DNA of 64,000 nt from Alphaproteobacteria bacterium. GTDB lineage: Bacteria > Pseudomonadota > Alphaproteobacteria > UBA7887. Shown here piece after piece: positions 60,229 to 64,000 of this stretch. Numbering within the stretch: position 1 is the stretch's first letter; the number at the start of each line of letters is the position of its first letter. Where the stretch lies: the NCBI GenBank assembly GCA_965216755.1, contig CBDCGL010000011.1:3520001-3584000 (forward strand), in the 5' to 3' direction. The translations under genes were made by a program, and so were the position numbers. A model generated the notes under the pieces. The model was given only the letters and a program-made list of their open reading frames with translations. It ran no database searches and was not told the origin of the DNA.

Positions 60229-60858
60229 ATGACCCGATCACGCGCACCAAAACGCCGCCGGCGCACGATGCGCCGCGCTCTGACAGCATTGTTGGTCATC
60301 GCCGTGCTCGCTTGGGCGATCGGTTTCGTCCATTTTGCCAACACATTACCGGTCGAGGCCGTGCGTGTGGATGGACGCACGGATGCGATCGTCGTGTTGA
60401 CCGGCGGCCGCGGCCGTTTGGCCGAAGGCCTAGCGCTGTTGTTGGAAGACCGGGCCAAGATGCTGTTTGTCTCCGGCGTCTATCGCGGCGTCGATGTCGC
60501 CGAAATTCTGCGTATCGCGCGCCCCGCCGGATCAGCCGTGACCGACCGCATTGCACTTGGCCATGAAGCCGACGATACCGTCGGCAATGCGCTTGAAACG
60601 GCCAATTGGATCAATAAGCACGGCTTTCGAGATGTGCGCTTGGTCACCGCCGCGTATCATATGCCGCGCAGCTTGTTTGAGATGCGCCAGGCGATGCCGT
60701 CGATCACGCTGGTGCCGCATCCCGTATTTTCGAGCAATGTGCATTTGCAAGACTGGTGGCGGTGGCCGGGCACGACCGTTTTGCTGGCAACTGAATATTC
60801 CAAATTTCTGCTCAGTCGCGCGCGCGCCAAACTGTTTCCCCGCGATGGTCGTTCGTGA
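60229..60858 (+). CDS. YdcF/DUF218 family protein
   Basis: VVLTGG, TVGNALE, VTAAYHMPRS, EYSK. Confidence 0.9.
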   Translation: MTRSRAPKRRRRTMRRALTALLVIAVLAWAIGFVHFANTLPVEAVRVDGRTDAIVVLTGGRGRLAEGLALLLEDRAKMLFVSGVYRGVDVAEILRIARPAGSAVTDRIALGHEADDTVGNALETANWINKHGFRDVRLVTAAYHMPRSLFEMRQAMPSITLVPHPVFSSNVHLQDWWRWPGTTVLLATEYSKFLLSRARAKLFPRDGRS

Positions 60859-61592
60859 CCGCACTACGCGCGCTCCTGTTCAACATTCTGTTTTTCGTGC
60901 TCACCGGCGCGCTGGCGTTGTTCATGTTGCCGGTCATGGTGTTACCGCGCGCCGCGATCGTGCGAGTCGGCCATCTGTGGGCATGGCTGATTGGGCGCGT
61001 GGCTGCGTTGACCGTCGGAATCAAAGTCGAAGTGCGCGGTGGCGTCCCGCGTGGCGCCTGCCTGGTGGCGTCAAAACATCAATCGGCATGGGAAACCGTG
61101 GCTTTTTTGGGCCTGCTGGACGATGCCTGTTTCGTGCTCAAACGCGAATTAGCTTGGCTACCTGTTTTCGGTCTTTATATCCTCAAAAATCGACAGATCG
61201 TGACCGACCGTGGCGGCGGCGCCAAAGCGCTGCGTAAGATGATCGCCGATGCGAAAATGGCACGCGAGACCGGCCGGCAGGTGGTGATCTTTCCGGAGGG
61301 CACCCGCGTGACCCCGGGCCAGACGCGTCCTTACCATCCGGGCGTTGCCGGACTGTACGCAAGCTTGGCGCTACCGGTCGTGCCGGTCGCGCTCAATTCC
61401 GGTTTGTTTTGGGGGCGGCGGCGCTTTCGGAAAGATCCGGGCACGATCATTGTCTCGTTCTTGCCGCCTATTCCGCCGGGCTTGAAACGCCAGGAATTTC
61501 TTACGCGCCTGCAACAAACCATCGAGGCGGAAACCGCGGTGCTGGTTGCCGAAGCCATGGCGGCGGCGCCACGTCAGTCGCCGCACACATGA
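60855..61592 (+). CDS. plsC: 1-acyl-sn-glycerol-3-phosphate acyltransferase
   Basis: KHQSAWE, FPEGTR, PVVPVALN. Confidence 0.9.
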   Translation: MTALRALLFNILFFVLTGALALFMLPVMVLPRAAIVRVGHLWAWLIGRVAALTVGIKVEVRGGVPRGACLVASKHQSAWETVAFLGLLDDACFVLKRELAWLPVFGLYILKNRQIVTDRGGGAKALRKMIADAKMARETGRQVVIFPEGTRVTPGQTRPYHPGVAGLYASLALPVVPVALNSGLFWGRRRFRKDPGTIIVSFLPPIPPGLKRQEFLTRLQQTIEAETAVLVAEAMAAAPRQSPHT

Positions 61593-62746
61593 TCAATCAG
61601 TCGTTCGAGAAAGCGCCCGCCGGCTTCAAACTGGTCAATCAGAATATATTCGTTGGCCTTGTGCGCCTGTTGGATACTGCCCGGGCCATAAACAACGGTC
61701 GACATGGCGCCACGCTGAAACAAGCCGGCCTCGGTCCCGAACGCAATTGCGCCTGCCGGCGTGTTGTCTCCGGTCAAAACGCGAACAAGCTGTTCGGCTT
61801 CGGATTGCGATTCTGGTGTCAGGCCGCCGATTTGACTGATCGAGGTCATCTCTACGCTGGTCTCAGGCGCTATCTTCCGCAGCGGTGGCAAAAGACTCTC
61901 GTTGATACGTTGATTGAGAGGCGTCAGCAAAAGCGCGTCGACATCTACGCCCGGCAGGGTGCGGACCTCCCAAACGAAGCTGCAATGGCGGGGAATGATA
62001 TTGTCCGCCGTCCCCCCGGTGATGGTGCCGACATGGACGGTATGATAAGGCGGGTCGAAACCGCCGGCGGTATCGGGTGTTGCGCGGAACGCGGCGGCTT
62101 TCTCATTCAAGAACGCGATCAAATCGGCGGCGATGAATATTGCGCTGACACCGCGATCGGTAAATGCCGAATGGGCGTCTCGGCCGGTCACCGAGACGCG
62201 AAATCGATGGACGCTTTTGTGACGGTTGGCGATTTTCATTTCGGTCGGCTCACCAACAATCACGATCCGTGGTTGGTACCGGAGTTGTTTGATCATCTCG
62301 ACCAAACGCGGCGCGCCTAGGCAGCCAACTTCCTCGTCATACGACAGGGCCAGATGGACCGGTATTTTCGGCGCGCGCGCGACCAGCTTTGGCACCGCGG
62401 CCAAGGCCAAGGCAATGAAACCCTTCATATCGGCCGTGCCGCGACCAATCAGGCGGCCATCACCGCGGATCAGCTGGAATGGGTCGTGGTCCCAGGCCTG
62501 ATCGGTGACCGGCACGACATCGGTGTGGCCGGACAACACGATGCCGCCGTCGACATGCGGGCCGACGGTGGCGAACAGATTTGCCTTACCGCCATCGTCG
62601 GCGAACACGCGGGTTGACTCGATCCCGTAGCCGGACAAGTATTCCGCGACAAAGTCGATCAGAGCCAAGTTCGACCGATGGCTGGTTGTGTCAAACGAGA
62701 CCAGCCGATCGAGAAGCTCGTAAGCTGTTGGCGCTGCAGGGGTCAT
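61574..62746 (-). CDS. argE: acetylornithine deacetylase
   Basis: SGHTDVVP, GRGTADMK, YDEEVGC, GEPT, AHKANE; ATG 62746. Confidence 0.92.
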   Translation of the reverse strand: MTPAAPTAYELLDRLVSFDTTSHRSNLALIDFVAEYLSGYGIESTRVFADDGGKANLFATVGPHVDGGIVLSGHTDVVPVTDQAWDHDPFQLIRGDGRLIGRGTADMKGFIALALAAVPKLVARAPKIPVHLALSYDEEVGCLGAPRLVEMIKQLRYQPRIVIVGEPTEMKIANRHKSVHRFRVSVTGRDAHSAFTDRGVSAIFIAADLIAFLNEKAAAFRATPDTAGGFDPPYHTVHVGTITGGTADNIIPRHCSFVWEVRTLPGVDVDALLLTPLNQRINESLLPPLRKIAPETSVEMTSISQIGGLTPESQSEAEQLVRVLTGDNTPAGAIAFGTEAGLFQRGAMSTVVYGPGSIQQAHKANEYILIDQFEAGGRFLERLIDHVCGD

Positions 62747-62888
62747 AGTGTTCAGTCTCCGATTCGCGCGCCGCGATCGGACCGGCGCTTGCCGCTGACA
62801 CAGTGTGAGGGGACAGACGTGGCGCGTGACTATACGAAGCCGGCTTGGCCGAGTCACGCGTGCGCGCGGCGTCCACACGGAACCGACC

Positions 62889-64000
62889 ATGGGGCACGCT
62901 GCTGACGTGCGCAAATTGGGTCGGCTCTGGCTGCCTATCCGCGTGCTGGTCGTCGCGTGCGTCGCGGTGTTCGGCGGTGGCCGCGCCGACGCTGACACGC
63001 CGCCGTCGATCTTTGTCATCGGCAAGGCCCTCGATGATTTGATTTCACTCGACCCCGCTGAGGTTTTTGAATTTTCCGGCGGCGAACTGATCGCCAACAT
63101 GTACCAGCGGTTGTTTACGCCAAACCCGGACGATCCCGGTCGCCCCCACGGCGATTTGGCCGAGAGTTGGTCTTTTGCCGACGACGGACGCACGCTCACC
63201 ATGACTTTGCGCCAAGACGCCACGTTTGCTAGCGGCCGGCCGGTCACCGCGGCCGATGCCGCCTTTTCCCTGCGTCGGGCGGTGATTTTAAACAAGACTC
63301 CCGCCTTCATTTTGAGCCAATTGGGTCTGGCGCCGACCAATGTGGCCGATCGCGTCCGCGCCTTGGATCTGTGGCGTCTCGCCGTCACCCTGGACCGCGC
63401 CTATGCGCCCTCGCTGGTGCTCAATGCGCTGTCCGCCGGTATCGCCTCGGTGGTCGATCAGGCCGAGGTCATGGCCCGCGCCGAAGACGATGACTTTGGT
63501 CATGGTTGGCTGCGTCGCGCGCACGCCGGCTCTGGCCCGTTCATGCTCTATCGCTGGCAGCCGGGCGAATATGTGATTATGGATGCCAATCCGCACCATG
63601 CCGGGGCGCCGCTGCGGATCCGTCGGGTGGCGATTCGCGATGTCCGCGAACCGGCCACACAAAGGCTGCTGTTGGCACGAGGCGACATCGACATGGCGCG
63701 CGATTTGGGCCCGGATCAAATCATCGCCCTGACCGATGTCGATGGCATCGTCACCTGGTCGGCGCCGGGCGCGCGGCTCTTTTACTTGGGCCTCAATCAG
63801 CGCAATCCGTACCTGGCGCGACCCGAGGTTCGTCAAGCGTTGCGCCATTTGATCGATTATCAGGGTATCGCCGATGCCTTGTTGCCGGGGCGTGCGCGCG
63901 TCCATCAGGCTTTCTTGCCGCGCGGCTTTCTGGGGGCCGTGACCGACCAGCCCTTTGAACTGGATCAGGCGCGCGCAGCCGCGTTGTTGCGCGCGGCCGG
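62889..64000 (+). CDS. family-5 (peptide/nickel-type) ABC substrate-binding protein, runs off window end
   Basis: Not in ORF track; manual translation: signal peptide, DDLISLDPAEVFE, GDLAESW, GSGPF, VRQALRHLID. Confidence 0.88.
   Translation, partial: MGHAADVRKLGRLWLPIRVLVVACVAVFGGGRADADTPPSIFVIGKALDDLISLDPAEVFEFSGGELIANMYQRLFTPNPDDPGRPHGDLAESWSFADDGRTLTMTLRQDATFASGRPVTAADAAFSLRRAVILNKTPAFILSQLGLAPTNVADRVRALDLWRLAVTLDRAYAPSLVLNALSAGIASVVDQAEVMARAEDDDFGHGWLRRAHAGSGPFMLYRWQPGEYVIMDANPHHAGAPLRIRRVAIRDVREPATQRLLLARGDIDMARDLGPDQIIALTDVDGIVTWSAPGARLFYLGLNQRNPYLARPEVRQALRHLIDYQGIADALLPGRARVHQAFLPRGFLGAVTDQPFELDQARAAALLRAA

Noticed and set aside
62747-63388. Long N-terminal extension of ArgE (likewise PhaR, FtsE, YqaA in the ORF track)
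   Set aside because: Extensions overlap other genes, promoters or the tRNA; family similarity starts at downstream ATGs.

Overview
GC-rich chromosomal window from an alphaproteobacterium; gene order and content suggest a Rhodospirillales-like lineage (inference). Most of it is core metabolism and cell envelope: phaR and a PhaC-like hydrolase, metXW, chorismate mutase-tyrC, chaC, class II ribonucleotide reductase nrdJ, pyrD, tRNA-Leu(CAA), dsbB-coq7, gluQRS, an mcd-like acyl-CoA dehydrogenase with etfBA-hbd, thrH, tlpA, argH-lptM-lysA, TIGR02302, ftsEX-ydcF-plsC, argE and a truncated ABC binding protein. A patchy accessory zone (about 26.6-38.9 kb) lies off the 3' end of the tRNA and holds several decayed genes. 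Most notable signals: (1) three dispersed copies of an 84-bp palindromic element with a unique 14-bp core and two NrdR-box-like motifs exactly 30 bp apart; (2) a decaying three-gene export module: a signal-peptide precursor with an 'RG' leader, an intact C39 peptidase, and a remnant pairing a signal peptide with an excisionase-type HTH; (3) a Val/Leu/Ile-rich leader peptide whose start region can base-pair with the start of a small ACT-like gene; (4) a perfect alphaproteobacterial LexA box at the nrdJ promoter. No CRISPR array, integrase, transposase or rRNA was seen. All product calls come from motif recognition, not database searches.
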